This document shows, in pieces, positions 1-10,794 of a stretch of 20,266 bases of DNA. The position numbers and the translations under genes are program-made. The notes under the pieces were generated by a model. It was given only the letters and a program-made list of their open reading frames with translations, was not told the origin of the DNA and searched no databases. The stretch's first letter is position 1. Each line of letters begins with the position of its first letter. Source of the DNA: Ginkgo biloba (Eukaryota > Plantae > Ginkgophyta); the NCBI GenBank assembly GCA_024626585.2, contig JANKJI020000004.1, positions 179,996,639 to 180,016,904 on the forward strand, given 5' to 3'.

Positions 1-174
1 GGAGAGTATGTTGTGACCCAAGTCACAACTAAGAAGATGAAGCAAATGAGTAAGAAGATTAAGAAGATCTATAAGCCCACAAATGAACAACTGGTAGACA
101 TCTTCACAAAACCTTTGGGACGTGATAGGTTCGAGAAATTTAGAGATGGACTTGGTGTGAAATGCAACGAAATA
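1..174 (+). pseudogene. Ty1/copia pol, RNase H C-terminus (fragment)
   Basis: Frame 1 reads IYKPTNEQLVDIFTKPLGRDRFEKFRDGLGV, matching the copia RNase H terminal motif T-x-EQLADIFTKPL...RF...R..LG. It is followed directly by a PPT and an LTR start. Confidence 0.9.
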
Positions 175-180
175 ATCATT

Positions 181-189
181 AAGGGGGGG
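181..189 (+). promoter_or_regulatory. Polypurine tract (PPT) of copia element
   Basis: AAGGGGGGG lies just after the RNase H end and abuts TGTTAG at 190. Confidence 0.88.
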
Positions 190-459
190 TGTTAGAATAA
201 TTAATGTTTATTTTTTGTACCTTAGTGTTATATTTGTACATTTATGTATGAGTTCAAAAGTGTAAATTAATATTTGTATTAATTATGTTAATGTAATTAT
301 AACTTCCTGATTAAGTTACTCTTGGGGTAAGTCTTTAAAAAGACCCACGCACCCATTGTTTATTCATTTAGAGAATTTGAAATAATAAAGTGGTAGACTA
401 ATTCTTCTCAATCTCTGGAGTATTCGTGTGTTATTGTTCTTGAATCCCAATTTTTCATA
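190..459 (+). mobile_element. Copia 3' LTR (~270 bp)
   Basis: Begins TGTTAGAATAAT right after the PPT; the same 12-mer starts the LTR at 8322 (minus). The end is inferred at TTTTTCATA by analogy with the TTTTCACA ends of the other two LTRs, so the 3' boundary is approximate. Confidence 0.75.
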
Positions 460-1580
460 TCTTTCAGAATGCTCAACTCAAATGCTAAAAAAATGTGAAG
501 GCACCTTAAAGAATGTACTTATTCAAATGATTGATCGCTAAACCGAAACAAGTGCAAAAGGAATTAGAATCAATGTCTAGCAAATCCGATCTTGTATACA
601 AGGAAAATAGATGTTAAAACTTTCATCTAAACACATATCATCATACTTCATTAGTTGTATTCGTCAAAACCATGTTAAAAGAAGGGCTTATTGAGTATAG
701 TGCCAAAAAAGTAAATGAAATGAAGAAACACTATAAGTGAGGTGGACCTTAAAGTTTAATATAAAACCTTTGTTATGTATTAGAGGTAAAAATATCAATT
801 TCTTATGCAATAAATGGAGACCATTGGCCCACTAAATGTCAATGATAATAAGGAGCAAAGGCACATGACCCCAAATATAATATATATTCCTATTCAAGCC
901 CACCCACAAAAAACTTACATAGGAAGGAATATATTGATATGCTAGTAAAAAAATATTAGAAGAAAACAATACATCTTGGGCAACATGAGTGAGTGATATA
1001 CACTCAAGTACCAATTAGGATCACACTGAGAAAAGCACAATCACAAATGATGTGAATATTGCAATTGAGCAATATAAGTGCCAAGACAAAGCTAGGCATA
1101 GAGAAGCTCTAATATGTTTGAGTTATGTCAAGAGGCAAGTTTACATGGATAGTTGAGTAAAAATTCCCAAGTTACAGATCTAGATTAATATTAAGACTTT
1201 GGAAACATTACACACACAAAAGCATACAGATTAATCACATCAGCGATAAGGCATTTGAATTTTAGCATCACTGATATATCTCATTAAGTATGTAGGAAAT
1301 ACATAGGGCATCATTAGAGAAGTAGACCAATACACGCCGTAAGGATAATTTAGTGGCTAATATTCACCATTTGGCTATCTTCTCCAAAAAAATATTGAAA
1401 ATATTTGCTACTTGATAATGACAATCTGCCAAAATTTTTACATACATCGATTATTTTACTAGGTTATTTTGACCATGTATGAGGTTGTAACAATACTCAA
1501 AAGCCTTCACTAAGTCACTGTTTGTACCCTATATGAAATTCAAAATCTCAAAAATTTTCAGTCGGAACCTCATTGTTGGT

Positions 1581-1683
1581 GTCGTGCCTTTTCTTGTTTG
1601 CACTGCACCTTTTCCTTTTGCACTATGCCTTTTCTTGCCCACCACTGTGGGTTTTCCCTACGTCATCGTGACTTTTCCCTGCA
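1581..1683. repeat. Degenerate ~20-21 bp tandem repeat, about 5 units
   Basis: Units read gtcgtgccttttcttgttt / gcactgcaccttttcctttt / gcactatgccttttcttgccc / accactgtgggttttccctac / gtcatcgtgacttttccct. Confidence 0.6.
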
Positions 1684-1859
1684 GTAGCAAAACATGAAGA
1701 GAACTATGATCACATGTTCGAAAGGGCACCTGGATGAATGCGAACCGCCTACAAGTGAAAAAGAATCCATAAGACTGATATGACCAGGAGTAAAATAGAT
1801 TTGTACTGATAATATCTCTCCTTTCTTCTTTAATCTTATCATGTGAGGAGCTAAAATAG

Positions 1860-3020
1860 ATCCCTCCTCAAAGATCTATAGAAAATCAAATGAATTTAGT
1901 TCTAAGTTATGCCCTTCCTAATGGACCATTATATAGAACTTGAGTAAGTGAAAATATTGTTCAAGTCAAAATACAACTATAAGTACTCCTTAAGAATGGA
2001 CACATCAAACCTAACACTTTACCATGGGTCTCATTAATTCTCCTAGTCCCTAAGAAAGATGGATTATGGAGGTTATGCATTGATTTTCAAGCCATTAGCA
2101 AAATCATAATTAAAAATTTCTATCCACTTCCTTGGATTGATGATCTTCTCAATCAAATTTATGGTTCTAAGTTCTTTTCAAACATTGATCTTTAAAGTGG
2201 GTATCATCAAGTGTAGATGAAAGAGGAAGTTACATGGAAGACATCATTTAAGACTATATTTAGGCTCTTTGAATGGCTTAGTATGCCATTTGGACTTACC
2301 AATACACGAGAAACATTTATGAGGTTGATGAATGAGATAATTATTTATTTTGATGACATTATCATTTTTAATAAGATATAGCTAGAGCATCTATAGCATC
2401 TCCAATAACTATTACAACTTATTTGTCAACATGGGCTTTAATATTATTTGGAAAAAAACTTTTTTGCTAAGCAAAGTGTCTCTTACCTTAGATTTCTTAT
2501 TGATTATAAAGGTGTTCATATGGATCTTACTAAGATTCAAGTCCTAAAGGATTAGACTAATCCTTACAACCTGACCAAATTATGTAGTTTCTTAAGCCTT
2601 GATAATTTCTTTTGTAAATTTATTTTCAACTACTCAACTATTAAAATTCCTTTCCATCATCTCACCAAAGGTAAAGTTCCATTTTATTGGTCTCTTAAAT
2701 AGCAAAGTGCATTTCAATCACTCAAATATGCACTTTTTTATGTACCTATCTTATCTCTATCTGACCTTACCCAACTTTTGAAGTTTAAAAGGATGCCTTA
2801 TGTGTCATCCTAAAGAAAAATGGTCATCCAATTGAATACCATTCAGAAACATTCTTCCAATCCAAAAAAAACTATTCATGACAAAGAGTTATATGCACTT
2901 ATCCAAGACATAAAATATTAAGGACACTACAATCTTAGCAAAGAAACTATATTTCACATGGACCATCAACCCTTGATTCTATGAACCTTCTTCACACAAC
3001 CACAAAAATTAGACACAAGA
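1860..3020 (+). pseudogene. Ty3/gypsy (chromovirus-like) pol: reverse transcriptase + RNase H, degenerate
   Basis: Frame 3 from 1860 gives PPQRSIE..ALPNGPLYR..LVPKKDGLWRLCIDF..YPLPWIDDLL..IDL*SGYHQV..WKTSFKT..FEWLSMPFGLTN..FMRLMNE, with YFDD at 2346-2357. Later come RNase H motifs GHPIEYHSET (2822), DKELYAL (2880) and DHQPL. There are many stops and frameshifts, and the fragment ends at an N-gap. Confidence 0.95.
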
Positions 3021-3120
3021 NNNNNNNNNNNNNNNNNNNNNNNNNNNNNNNNNNNNNNNNNNNNNNNNNNNNNNNNNNNNNNNNNNNNNNNNNNNNNNNN
3101 NNNNNNNNNNNNNNNNNNNN

Positions 3121-3905
3121 GCATGACAGTCTCCAAGAAGGGCAGAGCGCCAATGAATCCTGCCTTGCAGAAGGCCTGAGTAGTGATCCGGGATGAAATT
3201 TCAACAACTCTTAGCAAATTTGCACTCCCAAAAGATATGCTTCACTATCTTAGGGCAATTACGTACCGTGCATTGGCCATCAGAAAGCCCACTCATGGCT
3301 AGTCGAGCTTTGGAAGGGATCCCTTGATACAAAATTAACCAAGAAAAAAATCTTAGCTTGTAGGATAGTCGAACGGACCAAACACTATGAACCCTGCGAA
3401 TCCACTTGACCTCCTGGTCTGATGAAGCCCATCTCGCATTCAGGACTGGTCAAAAGGTAAAGACAAGCATAGTCGAAAGTCTTCATCCAGGCACCCAAAA
3501 TCAAAATCTTCAACTCAAGGCTGGTATGCAACAATGAAGGATCTTGTTAGAGCAGAGAATACTAGCGAATAAGCTCAGAAAATGCTCTTAGGGACTAAAG
3601 ACAAGGGGACCAACGGAGGTTCAAAAACCCACCATCAAATGCATGAAGCAGGAAATAGAAAAGGGCGTGATCATATCATGCTCTCTTGGCGCTTCAACAG
3701 GAATGGTGGTAACAATGCCTCTAGCAATCTAGCCATTGACATCTATCCCTCTCACCCCCTCATAGTCATTGGTCCAAGAAACACCACTTTTCCATTGGAG
3801 GCAAAAGTTTCCAGGGACAGAGCAAGTGCTAAAATCACCAGAAGAAATTGTTCCATCTCCAGCTCTTAGAAGAGTTATGTTGAAAAACCGATTTCAATCT
3901 TTTCA
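3121..3905 (-). pseudogene. L1-clade LINE ORF2 3' fragment with zf-RVT domain
   Basis: Minus frame reads LNARW..KWIRRVHSVWSVRLSYKLRFFSWLILYQGIPSKARLAMSGLSDGQCTVRNCPKIVKHIFWECKFAKSC*..HWRSALLGD. This fits the zf-RVT consensus (W..K...F.W...H..LP...L...C..C...HIFW.C..A), core ~3210-3400. The second Cys appears as Arg (CGT). The upper boundary is approximate. Confidence 0.85.
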
Positions 3906-4929
3906 TTATCACATACATATCAATTTCTCTCTACTTGGCCAAATATCATAAGTGATTCCAAGCATACACAACGAAATACTTTTCTGCCTGGACAAATCAA
4001 TTCCCATCAATAAGTATGGCTGCCATCTTTCAGGCATAACATCCTTATGCACTTATGCAACTTTAGCACACATTAAATGATCAAGAAATTTGCATAAATC
4101 AGTCCTAATTATGCTTAGGACAACAAGCTCATAAATCTNNNNNNNNNNNNNNNNNNNNNNNNNNNNNNNNNNNNNNNNNNNNNNNNNNNNNNNNNNNNNN
4201 NNNNNNNNNNNNNNNNNNNNNNNNNNNNNNNNNNNNNNTTCGACAATAAATTTATACTAGTTGGACAAGGTAAACACACAGTGATTTAAGTAGTTATAAT
4301 AGTGGTGTTGATGTTAGCACGTGTTGATGACTCAGCTTGTGAGTATGACTCTTTTGTTATTGTGAAGGTTACATATGGCTTTTTCTCTTTGAGCTCAAAA
4401 TTTTGCTATCTAAGTTTCTCGTCAACATGATGTTTGTTTATCCAACTAACCCTACATCTTGAGACAGAAATATAAATCACTTGTTTCTTTTTCTGAATCA
4501 CCATTTGCACATTGTCATGGTAAGCACATTTGCAAGTTTTTGTGCACCGACACTTTCGCTTGTACGAACTTTTAGTGGAGTAAAATATTTACATTTACCT
4601 TTATAATAAGAAATGTTCTTTTTATTATAGGAAGAAGATAAATTTGATGATAAATGTTAGGCAAAACAATCATTCATCATTTTAAACATTTACAATAGTG
4701 TCATTGATGGAAGCACATGTTCTTGAACTTGCCAATGCAACTTGTGCTATGACTCTTATAATGTAATTTGGGAAAGTTGCATATAGATTTTTCTTTTTTA
4801 AACTCAAAAATTATCATTATAAGTNNNNNNNNNNNNNNNNNNNNNNNNTATGAAACAACTCTATTTCAATTTATCATTTGGGACATAGAGATGGATCATT
4901 CATTTACGTATATGCGATTGGTTACAATA

Positions 4930-5287
4930 AACTATAGTTTATGTTACAGACAAGTTAGTTCAAGCAAATTTGGCCTTGAAAAGAGGAAAAAGCAATGAAA
5001 TAACGAAATAGGCATGTGGTCTCTACAATTACTTATAGCACTACTTGGGGTAGCCTTGAGAAGATGAAAAGGGAAAGTACTAAGCAGTAAAAAGGAAACT
5101 CGAAGTAGGGTGCTCATAATGAAGTGAGCAACACGTGGCAAACAGTTCATAGATTCATGGCTAGGATGAAGGCCAGTTTTGGCACAAGGATGACGCTTTG
5201 CATTAGCAAAGAATCAAATCTCAATATCTTCCATATTGTTGAATTATAGATGTCTTGCTAAGGCTAATTTCATTTAGGGAAGGCAGG
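4930..5287 (+). pseudogene. Heavily decayed gypsy integrase C-terminus/chromodomain remnant ending in a PPT
   Basis: Weak remnants of the VY..LK..G...YGPY...VAY region and of KVLSSKKETRSR, ending in the purine tract AGGGAAGGCAGG (5276-5287) just before TGTAACAACCCC. Confidence 0.5.
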
Positions 5288-5288
5288 T

Positions 5289-5366
5289 TGTAACAACCCC
5301 GCCTTAAGTCTATGATAAGTCTACAATAATCACAATACTATTGCCATAATACATGAATCAATATAA
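5289..5366 (+). mobile_element. Start of gypsy 3' LTR (truncated by gap)
   Basis: TGTAACAACCCC lies one base after the PPT and resembles the TGTAACACCC/TGTAAT..CCCC start of plant gypsy LTRs. Confidence 0.65.
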
Positions 5367-5874
5367 NNNNNNNNNNNNNNNNNNNNNNNNNNNNNNNNNN
5401 NNNNNNNNNNNNNNNNNNNNNNNNNNNNNNNNNNNNNNNNNNNNNNNNNNNNNNNNNNNNNNNNNNNNNNNNNNNNNNNNNNNNNNNNNNNNNNNNNNNN
5501 NNNNNNNNNNNNNNNNNNNNNNNNNNNNNNNNNNNNNNNNNNNNNNNNNNNNNNNNNNNNNNNNNNNNNNNNNNNNNNNNNNNNNNNNNNNNNNNNNNNN
5601 NNNNNNNNNNNNNNNNNNNNNNNNNNNNCATGTTCCTCAATTAAGTGCTTCCTATGTTCTTGTTAAATGCTATCCAGGTTGTATTTGGTTCTTGTTTATG
5701 CATTCAACATCTGGTTCTATTTTTGACCTAGATAGTATGTAAACTCCTATGGTGACACCATTGGGGTTCATCAAGACATGAGGAACACTCTAAATTGTGG
5801 AAATTGCCAGACACAATCAAGTATAGAGAGAATTTTAAGTATACAAAGATTGTATAGTTTGTGGAGACACTTGT

Positions 5875-6769
5875 TGTAATGTTCTCTTAAAAAGCTTGCG
5901 AAGGACACTTCATGCTTCCAACTAGTTGGAAATAGGGCCTTTGGCGTTCAACTCGTTTAGTAGCCTGGTAAGGGGAGAAAGTGGTTGTGTCAAAATCTGG
6001 TGGTCGAGACCTACTGCTGTTGTAGGAAGTTGAGGAAAGTTTGGCAAGATTAACTTGAGATGATGGTGGCTTAGAGTCAAGAGGTGACCAAGGGGATTGT
6101 GAGAGCGTCAAAAAATCAAATACAAGGAAATTCTAGTGAAGGGGTGAAGCGTCTATGAGGAAAAAGGTCATATAGAATTACCAATGAAGATGTGTGTGGA
6201 AGTGGCCAAAGACATTGCAGAGAAGTACAAACCAAATAGGAAGAGAAGAACCAATGAGGAACAATTAGGACCCACCGAGAATGCAAATTAATGGCTTCAT
6301 CGACAAAAGATGATGGGGTTTAATTTGTCCCCATCATTGTCTTTGTTTCCCTCCCCTTTTTATGTTCTTGGGATCAATTTGCCTCGGAATTCTACCTGTT
6401 TTTGTATTAATTGGTGACTGGCAGAGTATAGAGGCGATCTCAGAGTTTTCTATCTTTTTTGTCGAATTGGTGAAGAGAATGATGCATCCAGTTGTGTAGG
6501 ATCAGTGGTGGCTAATGGCAGAGGTTACTTGCACGTCAAGTGCAAGTAAGATAGCTACTTGCACATCAGGTGCAAATAAGTGGCCACTTGCATCCCAAGT
6601 GCAAGTAAATGAAGGTTCTCTTCCTTGCTAGAGGTTTATGACCGGGTTCCCTATGCGCTTTGAATTGTGATGGAGTTGGGTGGATGGTATCCCATGCCAA
6701 TATAGAGTGCTAGGAAATTGTCTCACTGTTAGTATAGGATTTTGTATTCCTTTGCGTGATTTATTTCTA
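5875..6769. mobile_element. Probable gypsy LTR/non-coding retroelement segment
   Basis: Starts TGTAATGTTCTC (LTR-start-like), has higher GC than the flanks, has no credible ORF and is rich in palindromes. The end is lost in a gap. Confidence 0.3.
6525..6608. repeat. Three tandem 29-30 bp palindromic (hairpin) units
   Basis: TTACTTGCAC-gtcaa-GTGCAAGTAA (6525-6549), CTACTTGCAC-atcag-GTGCAAATAA (6555-6579), CCACTTGCAT-cccaa-GTGCAAGTAA (6584-6608). Confidence 0.92.
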
Positions 6770-6869
6770 NNNNNNNNNNNNNNNNNNNNNNNNNNNNNNN
6801 NNNNNNNNNNNNNNNNNNNNNNNNNNNNNNNNNNNNNNNNNNNNNNNNNNNNNNNNNNNNNNNNNNNNN

Positions 6870-7478
6870 TTTGGATCTCTCTTCAATGGCTAGTAACAAT
6901 CCACTTACCTCATCAACTTTCATGGTGGAGAGGTTTCTTGATACTTCAATACTCGTTGATATTGTCTTAAATATCAATATCTATAGAACTTATGAGAATT
7001 TTTTCCACAATTTGATTCTCTGTAAGCTCTTCTCCTAGAGACCTCATTTGATTCACCAACCTCTACACCTTTGTGATGAAATCATTTACTGAGTCTGATG
7101 TATTCATTTTGAGTATTTTAAAATTTCTTCTCAATGTTTGCAGTTTAGCTGGAGTTGCNNNNNNNNNNNNNNNNNNNNNNNNNNNNNNNNNNNNNNNNNN
7201 NNNNNNNNNNNNNNNNNNNNNNNNNNNNNNNNNNNNNNNNNNNNTGAAAAAATAAATGACAATGCCTCATTATCTTTCCTCGCCATTTCTTTTAAATCCT
7301 TTTGTTGCTTTTCAGTTAACCCTATTGCATGGTCAGTTGCTACAGATTCATTATAACCATCCTCCACGAGATTCCACATATCTCTGGCAATCAATGCTGG
7401 TTTCATTCTTCAACTCCAGTTCAAATAGTTGGATCCATCAAACTTAGCTACTATAACGATCCCATTATGTGCCGCCAT
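6870..7478 (-). pseudogene. Ty1/copia gag (DUF4219 + UBN2/Retrotran_gag_2 region), degenerate
   Basis: From the ATG at 7478: MAAHNGIVIVAKFDGSNYLNWS*RMKPALIARDMWNLVEDG..KDNEALSFI [gap] AKLQTLRRNFKILKMNTSDSVNDFITKV*RLVNQMRSLGEELTENQIVEKIL..SIEVSRNLSTMKVDEVSGLLLAIEER. These are classic copia gag motifs. Confidence 0.93.
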
Positions 7479-8108
7479 GATTCCATAAAGGTCTCAGATG
7501 AAAGCCCTTTGAGTCAACTTTTCAACAGTTCTACGGTTTGCAAATTCGACACCGTATGAGGGAGATATTCAAGTTTGAAGACGAAGACCACTTTCACAGT
7601 TGTCAATGGTTAAAGTCAACAAAGAATATTCTTTAGTCAAAGGAATATTCCAGATTTCAAGGATTTATCCAATTTAATTAAATTAGAGCCAAACTTTTAA
7701 AAAGAATATATTTTAAATTTAGAATAGTCTATGCGGTGATGCCGCCGGCTCGATTGATTTGCAATCGCATCCCTTTTTTGTCGAATGATCTCCAAATGCG
7801 TCTCTTCCTGGAGTCACCTATCCCTCACAAGAGCCCATAATTGACAATGATTATGCACAATTGCACAATCTTTCCAGACGTGCCTCTCAACCAGAATGGA
7901 GTTGCCACAACAACCCCCTGGAACTTGTCCACGGTTATTTGCAACTCGATATTAGTGATTTATGGTTTGTAAAATGGCTTCCACAGAACTTACAAACTCC
8001 TTAACCATAGAACTGCCATAGTTGCTACGTCGATCAGTCTTCACACAAAGCCACGATTGATCCAAAGAAACCTTTGCAGCTGTTTCAACATGCACAGAAC
8101 TGATTAAA

Positions 8109-8120
8109 GCTCTGATACCA
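8109..8120 (-). promoter_or_regulatory. Primer-binding site, tRNA-iMet
   Basis: Perfect TGGTATCAGAGC on the minus strand, directly after the LTR end ...TTTTCACA and upstream of gag. Confidence 0.95.
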
Positions 8121-8322
8121 TGTGAAAAGATAAGCAGAACAAAGAACAATTTGCACAGGTGTTTATGTGGAACGAGCAATGCATTCAACTAAATAATGAT
8201 GTCAATATTACAAGTATAAATATTCAACTCATAACCCTTCGTACTAACAAATGCAACTCTAGATATCTAACCCATAGTTAACACTCGGTTAAATAATTAA
8301 ACAACTATGCATTATTCTAACA
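8121..8322 (-). mobile_element. Copia 5' LTR (202 bp)
   Basis: Minus strand reads TGTTAGAATAAT...TTTTCACA (TG..CA), followed by the PBS, a ~630-nt leader and gag. Confidence 0.85.
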
Positions 8323-10225
8323 CACGTTTGTATTACTCAATCCCATTGATTGCGTTTGGTCACTTGTGGACAATAGTTTTCCTTCTTTCTTTATTTTCTA
8401 TACTTTGCAAAAGATCTTTACTGTGTAAAATCTTGTGCGTACAAGAGGTGCCTATTCAAATATAACAAAATTTTATGCATTGTTGATTAGTTAGATAGTC
8501 CGTCAACATTAAACTCCAAAGAACCTAATAGCTACCCAATTAACTTTATACTAGCTTGGAATTTGTCATATCAATATCTTTGAATTACCAATATGAATTG
8601 TCTAACTTCCTATATTAAAATGTGTGCAAGAGGTATGAGGTGACTCTCATACACAAGATATCACTACAATAATTTAATTTAGTACACTGTAGTATTATCT
8701 TTTCTCTTGGTTTACTTCATAGTATTTTCTTTTATTTATTTTATGTAAGATGTATGTCAATTTTTTAGGACATGCTAACTATTTTCTCTATTTTTATGCA
8801 TGCACGTGAGTGTGCGTGCACACGCACACACACCCCCTTGCTCATCACCCCCGCCCCACATGCAAGGCCTAAGCCATGCCAAGTAATTGCCATGCATCTA
8901 GTAATTTATCCAAACTAATTATACTCATAACCTTGTTAATGGACATTACAATAGTACACCTATAAAGTGAGGTGGTTTTATTCAAGTTATGATATCTTTC
9001 ACATGTGCATGCATCTATGCGCTTATGCCCATATGTAAACTATTAAAGCACACATTATGCTAGTACATGTGTGCATCCACACATATGCACATACACACGT
9101 AGATAAAATCATAGAGAAAGTAATGAACAAATTATATTTAGATAAAGTATTGAATTAGGGTTGTGGAGAGTGATTGTTATATTTTCAAATGTAGTATAGG
9201 TGTATGTTTGTATGAGTGCACACATCCAATTTATTTATTTTTTGGCCTCTTATAAATGAAGGATTCTTTTGTTGCAGCGTTGATATAGTATTCTCTGCAA
9301 ATACATGTGCTGATGCGTGGATTGAGAAAGAGGTGNNNNNNNNNNNNNNNNNNNNNNNNNNNNGGTTATAGGAATGATTTATATTGTTTTCTCTAACTAA
9401 ATTTGGCATGTGTAGCATGTCCGCGTCCCCTCTAATATGCATTCAATAGGAAAATAGATTAACAATATTAAAATAGAGTACATTATTTAGAAGATAATGT
9501 AGGGTATTTGAGAATTGAATATTAAGGGGGAAAAACTGTTTTAATTGAGATCACAATACTTGAGGGAATATTATAGCNNNNNNNNNNNNNNNNNNNNNNN
9601 NNNNNNNNNNNNNNNNNNNNNNNNNNNNNNNNNNNNNNNNNNNNNNNNNNNNNNNNNNNNNNNNNNNNNNNNNNNNNATTATTAAGATAATAATAAGGCT
9701 TAAAATAGTTAGACACTTATTTTTATATGGATTATTTTATAGTTTATTATTAGTATTAATAATGTATTTTGGTTAGATTAGTATTCAGATTTTAGTCAAA
9801 TTAGAACATGTTTGAATTAGAACAATCAAGCCAATCAAACAATTTGAAGAATAGAGAGCTTAACTGCAGCCATCCCTCTACAAAAAATATCAAGAACAAA
9901 CATCCATAGAAAACACGAATATCAAACCAAGAGTAGCTCAAAAACATCACGAAAAGAGATTTTAACTGGGTGACATATTACAAGCAAACAAAAGAAGAAC
10001 ATGCTACAACACACAGACAACCAAAATCATATTAATTACAAAGCCATCTACTAAGTCCTTGAAATGCCTTGGTAGAATATCACTTCAAATGCAAGTCAAA
10101 CATATCCATCCATAAAATCACAAGCAAGTGCATGCAGCAACCATGGGGCAAAGATAAAGCACTTCAAAAAAGGAAAGATGTAAACTAAAGAGAGAACTAT
10201 TGACAACCTTAACTTTTGTGATTAC

Positions 10226-10303
10226 CTTTGCAAGAGAAACGTCCCTATCTTTGACACGAAAAGAAACCTCATCACAAAACATTTTCCTTGCATTCTTCAA
10301 AAC
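10226..10303 (-). CDS. Internal 78-bp host-gene exon, At4g19160-like transglutaminase-like (Transglut_core2/SirB1-N) family protein
   Basis: The acceptor ttgacAG|GTT and donor AAG|GTaatc are canonical, the phase is 0/0, there are no stops, and the flanks are T-rich on the minus strand. The peptide VLKNARKMFCDEVSFRVKDRDVSLAK matches, from memory, the plant motif V.K.AR..F..EIS...KD.DIS.AK that precedes LLYIAAEDEAF. The family call is not search-verified. Confidence 0.75.
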
Positions 10304-10794
10304 CTGTCAACATCCAAAGAATTGTAATAGAATAATAACTGACCCTAGAAAACAAATACTTAATGATGGCAACTTGATACCCAAACAACTAGATTATGTC
10401 AAAGTCTGTGTACATAATTTTGTCATTAACAATAACGTTTTCAAAGAAAGGCAGCAACAAACAGAAACAGGCATCCTGATATATGGAGGACTGGATAGCA
10501 AAAGCTCAACTTTTAGGAATGCAGGATAACAGCTCAAAGTAGTACTCCACAAGTATGCTTACACTTTATCCAAATATCTTTCTATAATGATATTGCTAAT
10601 AAAATAGTTCCAAGTTAAAAAGAAATGCAAACAAAAGAAAATGAACCATAGTAAACCTATCTCCTTAGGTGATTGAGGCCCCTGTTACAATACAAAAGAA
10701 CAATCCACTGTTGATATTGGGGCCTTTATTACATCATCAGGGAAATGACAATACTATCTACCAATGGCAATAGCCAACTAGGATGTCATTCTGT

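Noticed and set aside
1080-1200. QVYMD as a copia RT 'EVYM' remnant
   Set aside because: No flanking RT motifs appear in any frame I could read.
7952-8188. 78-aa minus ORF as a gene
   Set aside because: It spans the LTR, the PBS (HGIRA is the translated PBS) and the leader of the copia element.
8860-8902. Helitron 3' end (CATGCCAA-gtaa-TTGCCATG hairpin + CTAG|T)
   Set aside because: The hairpin is imperfect and only ~3 nt from CTAG (about 10-12 expected). There is no identifiable 5' end or Rep/helicase.
728-8977. Shared motif CTATA(A)AGTGAGGTGG at ~731 and ~8960
   Set aside because: It is only ~16-20 bp with no extension into the flanks, so it cannot be told from chance or a tiny repeat relic.
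10200-10529. 109-aa plus ORF
   Set aside because: It is antisense to the minus-strand exon and its T-rich intron, has a TTG start and has no recognisable motif.
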